Below, piece by piece: positions 1-10,712 of a DNA stretch of 64,000 nt. Numbering within the stretch: position 1 is the first letter of the stretch; each line of letters opens with the position of its first letter. The DNA comes from an uncultured Gemmatimonadaceae bacterium (GTDB lineage: Bacteria > Gemmatimonadota > Gemmatimonadetes > Gemmatimonadales > Gemmatimonadaceae). The notes beneath the pieces were generated by a model that saw only the letters and a list, made by a program, of their open reading frames with translations, did not search any database and was not told the origin of the DNA. Location: positions 1,088,001-1,152,000 of the forward strand of contig CAVUDW010000003.1 in NCBI GenBank assembly GCA_963740355.1. The letters are read 5' to 3'. Position numbers and translations under genes: made by a program.

Positions 1-395
1 CTCCGGAGCATGAAGTCATCCCGGCTCTGCATCGCCAGCGCCGCCCCCTTGAGCCAGAGCGCCGACACCCCGGCCCCGAGCAGGGCATCGACCGCGGCAC
101 CCGCCGCTTCAGACAACTCCGCGCTGCGGAACGCGGCCACCCGGAAGATGCCCTGCATGGCATGGTGCACGTCATCCGGCACCGAGCCCACCGGCGCCGC
201 ACGCAACAGTCGGAACACCTGCGCCTCGGCCCGTTCGAACGACGTCAGCGACACCAACGTCGGCCAGTGCACATCACTCCACGGGAGCTGTGCAGCCACT
301 GACGCACCTCCATCGGGCATCGCGGCTGCCACCAGCACGCGCGCAGAGGGCGATAGCAGCGCGGGGGCCGTGCGTGGAGTCAGTGGCGCGAGCAT
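1..395 (-). CDS. Nucleotidyltransferase family protein (NTP_transf_5-like) of the RiPP cluster, 5' part only; runs off the left edge
   Basis: Hand translation from ATG at 395, 6 nt after the permease stop: MLAPLTPRTAPALLSPSARVLVAAA...DALLGAGVSALWLKGAALAMQSRDDFMLR. The LKGxAL...R motif is typical of this family. Not in the ORF track because no stop lies in the window. Confidence 0.7.
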   Translation of the reverse strand, partial: MLAPLTPRTAPALLSPSARVLVAAAMPDGGASVAAQLPWSDVHWPTLVSLTSFERAEAQVFRLLRAAPVGSVPDDVHHAMQGIFRVAAFRSAELSEAAGAAVDALLGAGVSALWLKGAALAMQSRDDFMLR

Positions 396-401
396 CAGGC
401 G

Positions 402-1205
402 TCAGTACTGCGTGAGTGTGCCGGCACGGCGCGCGTGCTGCAGCGCCAGATGGAAGCAGGCGCCGCCAAGCACGAGGCCCGCCAGCGAAAACAGCGACAG
501 CTGCAGCAGGTCAGGCAACACCGCCGACAGCGACACATCCTTCAACAGCAACTGCCGCGCGGCGCGCAAGGCGGGCGTCATCGGCACGAAGCTCGCGAAT
601 GGCGCAAACGCGGGCGGCAGGACGGTGACCGGGAAATACACGGTGCCGAGCAATGTCGATGCGGTGAGTACCGCCTGCGGAATGAAGAGCGATGATCGCA
701 CCGCCAGCACGACGGCGCCGGCGATCAGCCCAATGCCCAGATACGCCGCGCCGAGCAGGCACATGATCACCACGAATTCCATCATGCGCGGCCATGCGAT
801 GGTGGATGTCGCCCAGATCCATGCGGTCACCAGCAACACCAGTGATCGTAACGCGACCCACCCGAAACCGTACGCAGACAAGCCACCGATCATCGACGGC
901 CACCGAATCGGGGTGGTGAGCAGCTGCTCGAGCGTGCCGGAAGTGATGTAGCTGTTGATCAACGACGGAATCGCCGACACCGCTTCGGCAATCACGAACG
1001 ACGCCACCGACCCGACGATCAGGTACGTGAAGTATTCCGACGACTCGGCCGCGATCGCCTTGGCGGCCAGCGGCTGCAGGGCACCCGCGATGAAATACAC
1101 CGGGATGACGGCGATCAGCACCGACAACAAGCTCACGAGGGTGCGCGTGCGGTACGTGACCATGCTCAGCGTGTACGCGCGCGCCACCGCAAGCAGTCTA
1201 CGCAT
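402..1205 (-). CDS. ABC-2 type transporter permease
   Basis: 267 aa, about 6 hydrophobic segments, GTLEQLLTTP and GTVYFPVTVLP motifs; overlaps the ATPase gene. Confidence 0.9.
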   Translation of the reverse strand: MRRLLAVARAYTLSMVTYRTRTLVSLLSVLIAVIPVYFIAGALQPLAAKAIAAESSEYFTYLIVGSVASFVIAEAVSAIPSLINSYITSGTLEQLLTTPIRWPSMIGGLSAYGFGWVALRSLVLLVTAWIWATSTIAWPRMMEFVVIMCLLGAAYLGIGLIAGAVVLAVRSSLFIPQAVLTASTLLGTVYFPVTVLPPAFAPFASFVPMTPALRAARQLLLKDVSLSAVLPDLLQLSLFSLAGLVLGGACFHLALQHARRAGTLTQY

Positions 1206-2223
1206 GGCGGACTCCCCCCGCGGGCATCGCGCTCACACCGACGGATTCCAGCAGATCCGCCAGCGTCAGCGCGAGCGGCGCAAACTCCGCCACGCGAACG
1301 CCAGCGCGCACCAGTGCCTCGACCACGACAGGCGCGTGCGCGGCATCCGGGAGCGTTGCCTCGAGCAGGACGAAGCCATCCAGCGGCGGCGTGATCACGT
1401 CGACGGGAAGGTGGAGTAACACGCGTGCGCGCGCTTCATGAGCGGCTTCGACACGCACACGGACCCGCGCGCCACCGACCCTGGAGGCCAGTTGCTGCAA
1501 CGAGTCGGTAGCCACCACTCGCCCTCGCACCATCAACGCAGCGCGATCACACAACTGCATTGCTTCTTCCGTGTTGTGTGTGGCCAGCACGATGGTGGCG
1601 CCGAGTTGCGTGCAGAGCACGTCCCGGATGAACCGGCGAAGCTCACGCGCCGTGATCGGATCGAGGCTGCGCGTCGGTTCATCGAGGATGAGAATCGGCG
1701 GACGTGTGACCAGCGCGCGCGCAATCAACGTCCGCTGGCGCATCCCGGATGAAAAGCTGCCCACCTGCTGACGACCCACGTGCGACAGCCCGACGAGTTC
1801 CAGCGCACTGGCGACGGCAGTGTCGCGCGCCTCGCCGCGGAGCCCGTAAAGCGAGGCGAAGAGCCGAACATTCTCGGCGGCACTGATGCGCCAGAACAAC
1901 GCCCGTTCATCCGCCGGCACAACCGCGAGGCGCGTGCGAACCGCCGCGGGATCGGCGAGTGCATCGACACCATCCACCATCACGCTGCCGCGCTCTGGAA
2001 GCAGCACCGTCGAGAGGATCTTCAGCAGCGTCGTCTTCCCCGCGCCGTTGGCGCCGACGAGCCCGAAGATTTCGCCACGCTGCACGGTGAGACTGACGGC
2101 ATCGAGCACCGCGCGTTGCTGTGTGCCAGGTGCGTGCCGAAGGCGACGGAGCAGTCCGCGGTCGGCACGGAAGAACTTCGACACATCGCGAAGCGCGATC
2201 GCCGGATCGGCACCCTCGGTCAT
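1198..2223 (-). CDS. ABC transporter ATP-binding protein
   Basis: Walker A GANGAGKT, signature FSSGM, Walker B ILILDE; ATG at 2223 overlaps the kinase stop (ATGA). Confidence 0.95.
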   Translation of the reverse strand: MTEGADPAIALRDVSKFFRADRGLLRRLRHAPGTQQRAVLDAVSLTVQRGEIFGLVGANGAGKTTLLKILSTVLLPERGSVMVDGVDALADPAAVRTRLAVVPADERALFWRISAAENVRLFASLYGLRGEARDTAVASALELVGLSHVGRQQVGSFSSGMRQRTLIARALVTRPPILILDEPTRSLDPITARELRRFIRDVLCTQLGATIVLATHNTEEAMQLCDRAALMVRGRVVATDSLQQLASRVGGARVRVRVEAAHEARARVLLHLPVDVITPPLDGFVLLEATLPDAAHAPVVVEALVRAGVRVAEFAPLALTLADLLESVGVSAMPAGGVRHA

Positions 2224-3203
2224 GCTGGCACGCTGTCGTTCGCCGGTGCGTGACCATGCCACTGCAGCAACATGTCGATCACTGCACCGAGCCGAGACAG
2301 GTCGCGTGGCACAGCAAGATCGAACACCGCGGTGGCCTGTGCGATGTCGATGCAGCGCGTGAGCGCATCACCGGCAGCATCGGCGCCAAGGAGTTCCGTG
2401 ATCTTTCCATTCGAGAGTAACGCAAGCGCTGCGGCGCGCGTTGTACGAGGCGCACGCGCGACGTCCGCATCGGGCGACACTGGCGAGAGCACGTAGACGG
2501 CAGCCAGCGGAAGTGCGTCCGTGGCCACGTCGGCAACCACGCGCACTTTCCCCCAGTCATCGACAGTGCTCGACGCAACACCGACGGCTCGTGCGGTTTC
2601 GGCGCGCAATCGAAGCGGCAGTCCAGTCGGCGTCACTGTGACGCCGTGCGCACTCTGTCGCAGCACGACGACATCGTCGGCGACGAGGGCGCATCCGGCC
2701 TGCAGGCACGCAGTGGCGAGCGTGGACTTGCCCGTGCCACGTGGAGCGACGAATGCCACAACACCATCACCCATCACAACCGCGCTGGCGTGCATGCACC
2801 AGTCGCCGTCGCGGTGCAGTGCGTACGGCAACACCACACCGATCAGGTCAAGCGCGACCGCACTGCGGTCCACTCCCGAGGGTGCGAGGTGCGCAATCCG
2901 CCGACCGTCGTTCGAAAGCGTGAAGCGCCCGGTGTCAGTGACGAGGATCTCCGCACCGCCGACGCCTGTCGCAAGCGTCACATCGATGCCGTTCGAATAG
3001 GTGTGTCGCCCGATGATGGTTGCGGCCGGGTCGTGCTCGATGGCTCCCACATCCGACGGCGTCGTACACAGCTCCCAGAACGGGAACTGCCCATCACCGG
3101 GAGCGGCGACAGGCAGGCCAGGAAGTGGGCGATCGGTGGCGAGCACTCTGCCAAACACACGAACCCGCCCCGGCGCGAGATGCGCAGCTGGAGCGGGCTG
3201 CAT
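2220..3203 (-). CDS. HPr kinase/phosphorylase-like peptide kinase (paeninodin PadeK-like)
   Basis: MHASAV...APRGTGKSTLA...LVADD motifs; start placed at the ATG 4 nt after the precursor stop. Confidence 0.85.
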   Translation of the reverse strand: MQPAPAAHLAPGRVRVFGRVLATDRPLPGLPVAAPGDGQFPFWELCTTPSDVGAIEHDPAATIIGRHTYSNGIDVTLATGVGGAEILVTDTGRFTLSNDGRRIAHLAPSGVDRSAVALDLIGVVLPYALHRDGDWCMHASAVVMGDGVVAFVAPRGTGKSTLATACLQAGCALVADDVVVLRQSAHGVTVTPTGLPLRLRAETARAVGVASSTVDDWGKVRVVADVATDALPLAAVYVLSPVSPDADVARAPRTTRAAALALLSNGKITELLGADAAGDALTRCIDIAQATAVFDLAVPRDLSRLGAVIDMLLQWHGHAPANDSVPA

Positions 3204-3207
3204 CACA

Positions 3208-3378
3208 TCAGGAACGCGTTCCGCCGCCTGGTGGCGTCGTCTCACCCGGAATGCAGTCACAGGAGGCGACGGAGCCATTGATGACATTCGAATTCAGCGC
3301 AAATGCCCCGAGGTTCAGCGACACCTGGGTCAGCTCGCGAAACGTGCCATAGCGCTCGAGGCGCGGCCGCTCGTACAT
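3208..3378 (-). CDS. Lasso-type RiPP precursor peptide, 56 aa
   Basis: MYERPRLERYGTFRELTQ-VSLNLGAFALNSNVINGSVASCDCIPGETTPPGGGTRS. YxxPxL...G...T leader; GAGAGG Shine-Dalgarno 6 nt upstream; lies between the B2 peptidase and the kinase. Confidence 0.85.
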   Translation of the reverse strand: MYERPRLERYGTFRELTQVSLNLGAFALNSNVINGSVASCDCIPGETTPPGGGTRS

Positions 3379-3471
3379 GGAATGCCTCTCAGTCATCTGG
3401 CAAAAAGTGTCGGATGCGCGCCACAGAGACAAGGGCTCTGTGGCATATCTCCACCGCTGCGACGCCCTAAG

Positions 3472-3912
3472 TCAGCGCAGCGTCACACCTTGGAGCGAGG
3501 AAAACCCTCCCCGCAGTGCTTCAGGCTCGGCAATTGGTGTGCCGTCCTGCTCCACCCAGGCGTGGGCCTCGAAGCCCGACGGACCTCGCCGGACCCCGAT
3601 GCGCACCACGGCCCTTGGCAAGCCGTGCTGGGTCACCAGTTCGCGGAGCGCGCTGGCCCGCACGAGGCAGGCCGAGTCACCGGGAAGCCAGCGGAGGGCC
3701 CGATCGACCGCCGCGCCCCAGCGCTCTGCGTGGCGGCGGTCCGCCGGCGACAGTGCCGACTCTCGTCTGGACTCAACAGACTCGGAGACATCATCGGCGG
3801 TGCGTTCAACGAGGGTTCCGACCGGGCGACCCGCCACGAGGCGGCGGGCCCGAACCACGGCCACTGCCGCCAGGCCGACATCGAATGCGGCTCGGGCCTT
3901 CCGCACCAGCAC
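3472..3912 (-). CDS. Lasso peptide biosynthesis B2 protein (transglutaminase-like leader peptidase)
   Basis: CLVRA...VRIGVRR...EAHAWVE catalytic Cys/His motifs; GTG start. Confidence 0.9.
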   Translation of the reverse strand: MLVRKARAAFDVGLAAVAVVRARRLVAGRPVGTLVERTADDVSESVESRRESALSPADRRHAERWGAAVDRALRWLPGDSACLVRASALRELVTQHGLPRAVVRIGVRRGPSGFEAHAWVEQDGTPIAEPEALRGGFSSLQGVTLR

Positions 3913-3917
3913 GCTGG

Positions 3918-4202
3918 TCAGCCCAGCGTTGCAGCGGTGTCCACGAGCAGCCCTTCGATCGACAGGTCCGCCAGCAACTCGCGGACGTGGCAGACTACGT
4001 CGGTCGCGCCTGCGTCAGGCCAGCGCTCGCGAACGGCGGCGGCCAGCGCCTCCTCGGACGACGCGCCGCTGGCCAAGGCCTGCCAGATCACGGTGCCGGT
4101 TTCATTCAGACCGAAATACACCTCGGTCAGCGGATGAAAGAGCACGCTGCCGTCGGGCAGTGTGCGCGTGACCACATCGGGGTGCGGAACGGGAAGCGAC
4201 AT
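3918..4202 (-). CDS. PqqD-family RiPP recognition element (lasso B1)
   Basis: About 94 aa: DGSVLFHPLTEVYFGLNETGTVIWQAL...VRELLADLSIEGLL; start could instead be 4226. Confidence 0.88.
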   Translation of the reverse strand: MSLPVPHPDVVTRTLPDGSVLFHPLTEVYFGLNETGTVIWQALASGASSEEALAAAVRERWPDAGATDVVCHVRELLADLSIEGLLVDTAATLG

Positions 4203-4389
4203 CGAGACGGAAAAGGGAATCGGCATCCGGAAGTGAGACGCGCGGGATGCATTCGGGAAACGCACAAAGCGCTCCATCGCGGCAGGGGGTCGCGCACTGC
4301 GACCACCGACCGCGCGCCCTGATACAGACCCCTTCACCTCACGTTCCGTTAAGCAACGAACTCAGCCGAAACAACGTGCCCGCTCTCGT

Positions 4390-5727
4390 TCAGCGTCCAG
4401 GTGCAGGAGCCGATGCAACGCCGCTGACCAGTTTCCCTTCCTTCATCACCATCCGCACACGCTCGATCGCCGCGATCTCACGCGTCGGATCGCCATCGAC
4501 GGCCACGAGGTCGGCCAACATGCCCGGTGCCACGGTGCCGATCCGGTCGCCCATGTCGAGCACCTTGGCGGCAGCAGAGGTGGCGGAGACCAGCGCCTGT
4601 GTCGGTGTGAGGCCGTACTCCACCATCAGGATGGGTTCCCGCGCATTGGTGCCGTGCGTGAACACACCGACGTCACTGCCGTTCGCAATCGTGACGCCGG
4701 CGTCGATCGCCATCTTCACGCTCGCCCGCTTGGCGGTGATGCGCGCGGGTTCCGCACCGGTGCCCTTCTTCCAGCCACCGTACTGCGAGACGGCATCTCC
4801 AGCGGCGACCGTCGGCACCAGCACGACACCACGTTCCTTCATCAGGCGAAAGACTTCCGGCGTGCCATCGTCGCCATGGTCGATGGTTTTCACGCCCGCG
4901 AGAATCGCGCGCCGCATGCCTTCCGGTGTCGTCGAGTGGGCGACGACGTGCCGCCCGCTCGACTCAGCGATTTCAACCACCAGGTTCAATTCGGCCTGCG
5001 TGAAGGCCGGGCGCGCACTGCCATTCGCGCCCCAGCGATAGTCCGCGTAGATCTTGATCCAGTCCGCACCACGGCGGATCTGGTCGCGCACCACACGCGA
5101 CAGTTCTTCCGGCCCGGCAGCCTCCTCGGCGCCTTGCGGCACATCGACTTCCGGTGCGAAGCCACCCGGTCCGTAACTGCCGCGCATCACGATGGCGCGC
5201 GTGACGACGACGAGGCGTGGCCCTTCGATGATGCCCTGCTCGACCGCCTTCTTGAGCCCCACGTCCGCGTCAGCCGCGCCTTCAGTACCGAGGTCGCGCA
5301 AGGTGGTGAATCCTGCGCGCAGTGTGCGCTGCATGCTGACGGTCGCGCGGGCGACGCGAAGTCCGAGTGGCTCCTTGAGCACCTGATCATTCCACGTCGC
5401 TTCGTTGTACGGGTGCAGCAGCACATGCGAGTGGAGGTCGATCATGCCCGGCATCAACGTCATGCCAGGCAGGTCGATGACCGTCGCATCGCTTGGTGCC
5501 TTCACGCTTGCCGGTGAACCCACCGCCGTGATGCGGCCATTCTGCACCAACACCACCACGCCGGACTGCGGAGCCTGGCCCGTGCCATCGAAGACACGCG
5601 CCGGCTTGAGCAGGTAGCTGACCGATACGGCGGCGACGGGGGCTGCCTGTGCTGCGACCAGTGACGGCACGAGTGCTGCGACTGCGGACACACATCGGAG
5701 AACACGTGCGAAGGGCATGAGCATCAT
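4390..5727 (-). CDS. Secreted amidohydrolase (Xaa-Pro dipeptidase-like metallo-dependent hydrolase)
   Basis: Signal peptide, [39 protein letters not shown]. Confidence 0.9.
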   Translation of the reverse strand: MMLMPFARVLRCVSAVAALVPSLVAAQAAPVAAVSVSYLLKPARVFDGTGQAPQSGVVVLVQNGRITAVGSPASVKAPSDATVIDLPGMTLMPGMIDLHSHVLLHPYNEATWNDQVLKEPLGLRVARATVSMQRTLRAGFTTLRDLGTEGAADADVGLKKAVEQGIIEGPRLVVVTRAIVMRGSYGPGGFAPEVDVPQGAEEAAGPEELSRVVRDQIRRGADWIKIYADYRWGANGSARPAFTQAELNLVVEIAESSGRHVVAHSTTPEGMRRAILAGVKTIDHGDDGTPEVFRLMKERGVVLVPTVAAGDAVSQYGGWKKGTGAEPARITAKRASVKMAIDAGVTIANGSDVGVFTHGTNAREPILMVEYGLTPTQALVSATSAAAKVLDMGDRIGTVAPGMLADLVAVDGDPTREIAAIERVRMVMKEGKLVSGVASAPAPGR

Positions 5728-7817
5728 CGTGAGCAGAGTGAGGGGCGTGCGGCGCTCGACGCGGGCGAAGTGGCAGCGGGTGATGCCGGTGCCGCAATCG
5801 ATGATGCATCGCGCGGCCAGACGTTGTCGGATGGGTCTCGATCGGGAAAACGACAGCCCGGATCAAAGAGCACCTGCGTGATGCGACGATTGCCGAAGTT
5901 GAGCACTGCGTCGAAGGTGCGCTTGCCACCGAACCAGACATCGACCGGCCAGGTGACGATGGCCGTCACGCTGTCCTGCATGACGGCGTTCGGCATCGGC
6001 TTGATCGCTGGGCCGGTGGCATCGAATCGCACGCGCAGCACGACCGGTGATGGCATCTGTCCATCCTGTCGCACAGTGACGGTGGTGCGCGATCCTTTCA
6101 CTGCCAGGTTCGCGATCGAACCGTCGACACGTTCGGTGGTGAAGAGCCAGGAATACCAGAACCACCCGAGATCACGATTGAGGGCCTTGTTCATGAAGAA
6201 CATGTAGTCCCACGGCGACGGATGCTTGAACATCCAGGCGGTCGCCCATTCACGCTGCGCGCGCCGTACTGCCGAATCGCCGACCACACCACCGAGCATC
6301 GACAGCATCAACGGCGTCTTGCCATAGGTGGTGAAGCTGTACGAGGGGCCGGCGTAGTTCGCGTTCCACATCATTGGCGGCTCGCTCTCACTGCCGCTGG
6401 TGAGGCCGTACGACTGTCCCAGGCGATCGAGATTCGGCGACTGCTTCGTGTTGTCGGCCGCCGAGAGGATGTTCATGTACTGGTTGAATCCTTCATCCAT
6501 CCAGCCGTACCAGGTCTCGTTGTTGCTCACCACCATCGGCCACCACTGATGCCCGGTTTCGTGATCGGCGGCGCCCTGATTGGAATTGATCACCATCGGG
6601 TATTCCATGCCGGCACTGGGCCCGTCCTGCAGCGTCAGTTGCGGGAACTGGTACGGGAACCAGAGTGCAGAGTAGAACTCGAGCGCATGGCGCGTGATGC
6701 GACCCGCATTGGCGAACAGGGCTTCCCGTCCCGGCAGGTAGACCATGTGCACCGGCACCGGACCCTTGCCAGGTATGGTGGCGCGTGTTGCCTGCCAGAC
6801 GAACTTCTTCGCCGTGGCCCATGCAAAGTCATTGACGTTGTCGGCCACGAGGTGCCACACCAGTCGATCACCAATCGCCGTGGCCTGCCCCGGGCCAATT
6901 TCAGTCGGACCGACGATGGTGACGATGCTGTCGCTCTCCAGCACGCGCGCGAGACTGGCACGTGCAGCGGCCGTAAGCACCTGATCCGGATTCTGCAGCA
7001 CGCCGGTGCCGCTGACGATCCAGCCTCCGGGCACATCGATCTTCACATCGAAGCGGCCGAAGTTGTTGTAGAACTCTGACGGGCCCAGATACAGCTCCGG
7101 ATCCCAGCCACGCAGGTCGTCATAGACGGCGATGCGCGGGAACCACTGTGTGGGCTGAAAGAGTGAATCAGCCCAGCGTTGTGTCATGCGATGGCCAGAC
7201 CCTGGCCCGCCCGGCAGCGCGTGGTTCCACTCGATGTCGATGGTGGCACTGCCGTTCGGTGCAATGGCGGATGCGAGGAAGAGTCGCGCGAGCGTGGACT
7301 TCAGGTTCACCACGGCGGCTTCGGTGGCGACGGCGCCGCGTGAGGGCGGCGGCGCGTCGAACCGCACCGGCTTGCCATTGACGCGAATGGCCGTGACCAC
7401 CATGCCGTCGGTCAGCTGCGCCGGCACCCACGGCAATGCGCGTGGATTGGTCCCGATGAAATGGTTGGCATCCAGCCGCAGTGCGATCTGCGAGAGCGAG
7501 TCGGGGCTGGCGTTGTGAAGCGTGATCGTCTCGCGCCCACTCAGACGCTGGGCGGGCACATCGAGTCGCGCCTGGATGACATAGTCGGTGCGCAGTTGCC
7601 AGTATTTCGCGCCGGGCTTGCCGGTGGAGTCGCGGGTCCCGGCACGAAACGCGGCGCGGATCGCGTCGGTCATCGGGATGTCGCGACGGATGGCGCGGTC
7701 GGGCCAGGCTGACGGAGCGGACTGGGCAAGCGCTGTGGACGCTGCCAATACGAGGATGGCGGGGAGTCGAAGCACGGGCGAACAGGCCCGGATGTGGCGT
7801 ACGATTTGGCAAGGCAT
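5724..7817 (-). CDS. M1 family zinc metallopeptidase, secreted
   Basis: AGMEYP and HETGH-X18-E zinc motif; signal peptide; start uncertain. Confidence 0.88.
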   Translation of the reverse strand: MPCQIVRHIRACSPVLRLPAILVLAASTALAQSAPSAWPDRAIRRDIPMTDAIRAAFRAGTRDSTGKPGAKYWQLRTDYVIQARLDVPAQRLSGRETITLHNASPDSLSQIALRLDANHFIGTNPRALPWVPAQLTDGMVVTAIRVNGKPVRFDAPPPSRGAVATEAAVVNLKSTLARLFLASAIAPNGSATIDIEWNHALPGGPGSGHRMTQRWADSLFQPTQWFPRIAVYDDLRGWDPELYLGPSEFYNNFGRFDVKIDVPGGWIVSGTGVLQNPDQVLTAAARASLARVLESDSIVTIVGPTEIGPGQATAIGDRLVWHLVADNVNDFAWATAKKFVWQATRATIPGKGPVPVHMVYLPGREALFANAGRITRHALEFYSALWFPYQFPQLTLQDGPSAGMEYPMVINSNQGAADHETGHQWWPMVVSNNETWYGWMDEGFNQYMNILSAADNTKQSPNLDRLGQSYGLTSGSESEPPMMWNANYAGPSYSFTTYGKTPLMLSMLGGVVGDSAVRRAQREWATAWMFKHPSPWDYMFFMNKALNRDLGWFWYSWLFTTERVDGSIANLAVKGSRTTVTVRQDGQMPSPVVLRVRFDATGPAIKPMPNAVMQDSVTAIVTWPVDVWFGGKRTFDAVLNFGNRRITQVLFDPGCRFPDRDPSDNVWPRDASSIAAPASPAATSPASSAARPSLCSR

Positions 7818-7863
7818 GCGGAATCGTCGACCACAACGACCGCAGGCGCAAGAGCGGCGGGTA

Positions 7864-9282
7864 CTATTCGCCGAGCGCGAGCACCGACGCCACGGCGGCG
7901 AGCGTGCGCCGCACATCCTCCGCATTCGTGCGCCAGTTCACGACGCTGACACGCATGGCCCGCTGTCCCTGCCACGTGGTGCCGCTGAAAAAGGCCTCGC
8001 CGGTGGCATTCACGCCCTCGATCACGGCATCGGTACGCCGGTCGTGATCGGCGCTCGTTGCCCCCAGGCGCGGGTCGAGGAACCGCACCAGACCCTGATT
8101 CAGGTTCGGTTCCCAGAGCACCTCGGCGCCTGGCAACGCGCCGATGCCGGTGACGATGGAGTGGCAGTGTGCACAGTCGCGATCGATCAGGTCGGCGAGG
8201 CCGTTGCGGCCCATTTCCCGAAGGGCCGCAAAGACGGCGAACCCACGCGCACGACGTGACCACTCCGGATTCCAGTCGATCTGGCTCCGTACATCGGTGT
8301 TCTCGGAGATGTACGAGGCCGAGAGTGTCATGGAAGCGCGATGCGCCTCGCGGTCACGCACGACGGCAAAGCCGCAGTCGTACGGTACGTTGAGCCACTT
8401 GTGTGCATCGGTGGCCCAGCTGTCCGCGAGCTCGACGCCGCGCAGCAGTTCTCGCTTGGTCGCGCTGGCACGCGCCATCAGGCCGAACGCACCGTCGATG
8501 TGCACCCAGGCGCCAGCAGCATGCGCGATCGGGATGAGCGTCGCAAAATCATCGATGGCACCGATGTTGAGGTCCGCGGCATCGAGCACCACGATCGTCG
8601 GTCCAGCGTGTGCGGCCAGCGCTGCGGCGAGCGTCCTGGCTTCGACGACGCCTATGTGGTTGGTGGGCAGCGCCACCAACGCATTGCTGCCGATACCGAG
8701 GAAGCGAATCGCGCGATCGATCGAGCCGTGGCGATGTTCACTGGTCAGGACACGAATCGCTGGCGCACCAAACAATCCATCGCCGTGCACATCCCAGCCC
8801 GCGCGTGAAAGGACTGCATGACGGGCGGCGGCAAGCGCGGTGAAATGCGCCAGTTGGCAGCCAGTGGTGAACGCGAATGATGCATCGCGCGGCAGGTCGA
8901 GCACGTCGAGCAACCATGCGCCCGCTACTTCCTCGACGACGGCCGCCGCCGGCGCCGTGGAATAGATGGCGGCATTCTGATCCCACGCGCACGTCAACCA
9001 ATCCGCCGCCAGCGCCGATGGCAGCGCCCCGCCGATGACCCAGGCGAAAAATCGTCCGCTGACCGCGGCATGCAATCCGCCATCGGTCATCGCGACGAGG
9101 TCGTCGATCACCTGCTCCGCGCTGACGCCATCCGCTTCGAGTGCGATGTGCATCCTGCGCCGCAACTCGGCGGCGGAAGCGGTGGCGCCGACCGAGCGGG
9201 TATCGATGCCGTCGAGCCACGCGAGCGCAGCAGCGTGCGCGCGCTCGAGGGCCGCGTGTGCGGTGGGGTGGGGCGTGGTCAT
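7864..9282 (-). CDS. Group II pyridoxal-phosphate-dependent decarboxylase (aromatic amino acid/glutamate decarboxylase family)
   Basis: WVHIDGAFG, ADSWATDAHKWLNVPYDCG (PLP lysine), EWSRRARG. Confidence 0.92.
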   Translation of the reverse strand: MTTPHPTAHAALERAHAAALAWLDGIDTRSVGATASAAELRRRMHIALEADGVSAEQVIDDLVAMTDGGLHAAVSGRFFAWVIGGALPSALAADWLTCAWDQNAAIYSTAPAAAVVEEVAGAWLLDVLDLPRDASFAFTTGCQLAHFTALAAARHAVLSRAGWDVHGDGLFGAPAIRVLTSEHRHGSIDRAIRFLGIGSNALVALPTNHIGVVEARTLAAALAAHAGPTIVVLDAADLNIGAIDDFATLIPIAHAAGAWVHIDGAFGLMARASATKRELLRGVELADSWATDAHKWLNVPYDCGFAVVRDREAHRASMTLSASYISENTDVRSQIDWNPEWSRRARGFAVFAALREMGRNGLADLIDRDCAHCHSIVTGIGALPGAEVLWEPNLNQGLVRFLDPRLGATSADHDRRTDAVIEGVNATGEAFFSGTTWQGQRAMRVSVVNWRTNAEDVRRTLAAVASVLALGE

Positions 9283-9348
9283 GGTGCGGGCGTGAACGGA
9301 GGCACGGGAGGCAAATCGGCCGAGAGGGTGCGCGGCATTTTCGCAGGG

Positions 9349-9534
9349 TAACGTATTGGTGCGTCTGGAGTTAGCACGCGATCAAGGGGTCGGAGATCTT
9401 GGTCGATCAAGGGGTCAGAGATCTTGGTCGGCCGATTGCAGGCGTAAGCGGTTGCTGCATATGGAGTTAGCATCTGATCAAGATCTCCGACCCCTTGGTC
9501 TTCCGACGCGTTGATCAGGTCCGACCCGTGGATC
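9349..9534. repeat. Modular intergenic repeat, locus 1
   Basis: Arms GATCAAGGGGTC(G/A)GAGATCTTGGTC at 9380-9404 and 9405-9429, inverted arm at 9476-9500; 25-bp TAA..TTA boxes at 9349-9373 and 9445-9469; degenerate arms to 9534. Confidence 0.9.
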
Positions 9535-9587
9535 TTCCTGCCGCCGTCTGTCGCCGGCCATGGTTCACGTCCCTGCGCTTGTCCAGC

Positions 9588-9623
9588 AAAACCAAAACGC
9601 CCCCCGGATAACCGGGAGGCGTT
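9588..9623 (-). terminator. Intrinsic terminator after rpsG
   Basis: Minus strand AACGCCTCCCGG-TTAT-CCGGGGGGCGTT followed by TTGGTTTT. Confidence 0.8.
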
Positions 9624-9646
9624 CTGTACTGCGACGGAATCGACGA

Positions 9647-10113
9647 CTACCAGCGGTAGTGCGCGAAGGCCTTGTTGGCCTCGGCCATGCGGTGCGTGTC
9701 TTCCTTCTTCTTGATCGCGTTGCCTTCGCCCTTGCTGGCGGCGATGACTTCCGCAGCCAGGCGCTCCGGCATCGACTTCTCGTTGCGATCGCGCGAATAG
9801 CTGATCAACCAACGCATCGCGAGCGCCGTGCGGCGATCGGGACGGACTTCGACCGGCACCTGATACGTGGCACCGCCGACGCGGCGGCTCTTCACTTCCA
9901 CGACCGGCTTCAGGTTCGTCAGGGCCTGCTTGAAGATGTTCACGCCCGGCTGGCTGGTGCGTGCTTCCACCAGGTCCATCGCGGCGTAGAAGATCTTCTC
10001 TGACGTGGCCTTGCGACCCTGCAGCATCAGGTTGTTGATGAACTTGCTGACAGTCTGGCTGTCGTAGCGGGCATCAGGCAGGATGATGCGCTTTACGGAC
10101 TTTTTGCGGCGGC

Positions 10114-10117
<4 letters not shown>
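9647..10117 (-). CDS. rpsG: 30S ribosomal protein S7
   Basis: [34 protein letters not shown] start overlaps the rpsL stop. Confidence 0.99.
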
Positions 10118-10530
<413 letters not shown>

Positions 10531-10605
10531 TGCCTCTGAGTGTTCGGACCCCGACATCTACGTGGATCGCTCCCCGGGGCGGGGGCGGCACGGAACAGAC
10601 CTGCA

Positions 10606-10635
10606 AACCTAGGTGGTCAGGGGGGTGAGCGTCAA
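10606..10635 (-). promoter_or_regulatory. Putative sigma-70 promoter for rpsL-rpsG
   Basis: TTGACG-N18-TAGGTT on the minus strand, about 75 nt upstream of the rpsL ATG. Confidence 0.55.
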
Positions 10636-10712
10636 CCGCAGACTTTCGCGCGTACCCAATCAGGGGGATCAATTCGGGTCCCCGACGAGTCAACCGCGCA
10701 CCCCTACGAACG

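Noticed and set aside
4321..4338. GAAGGGGTCTGTATC on the minus strand, resembling the repeat arm, upstream of the RiPP cluster
   Set aside because: Only about 10 bp match, with no palindromic partner and no box at the fixed spacing
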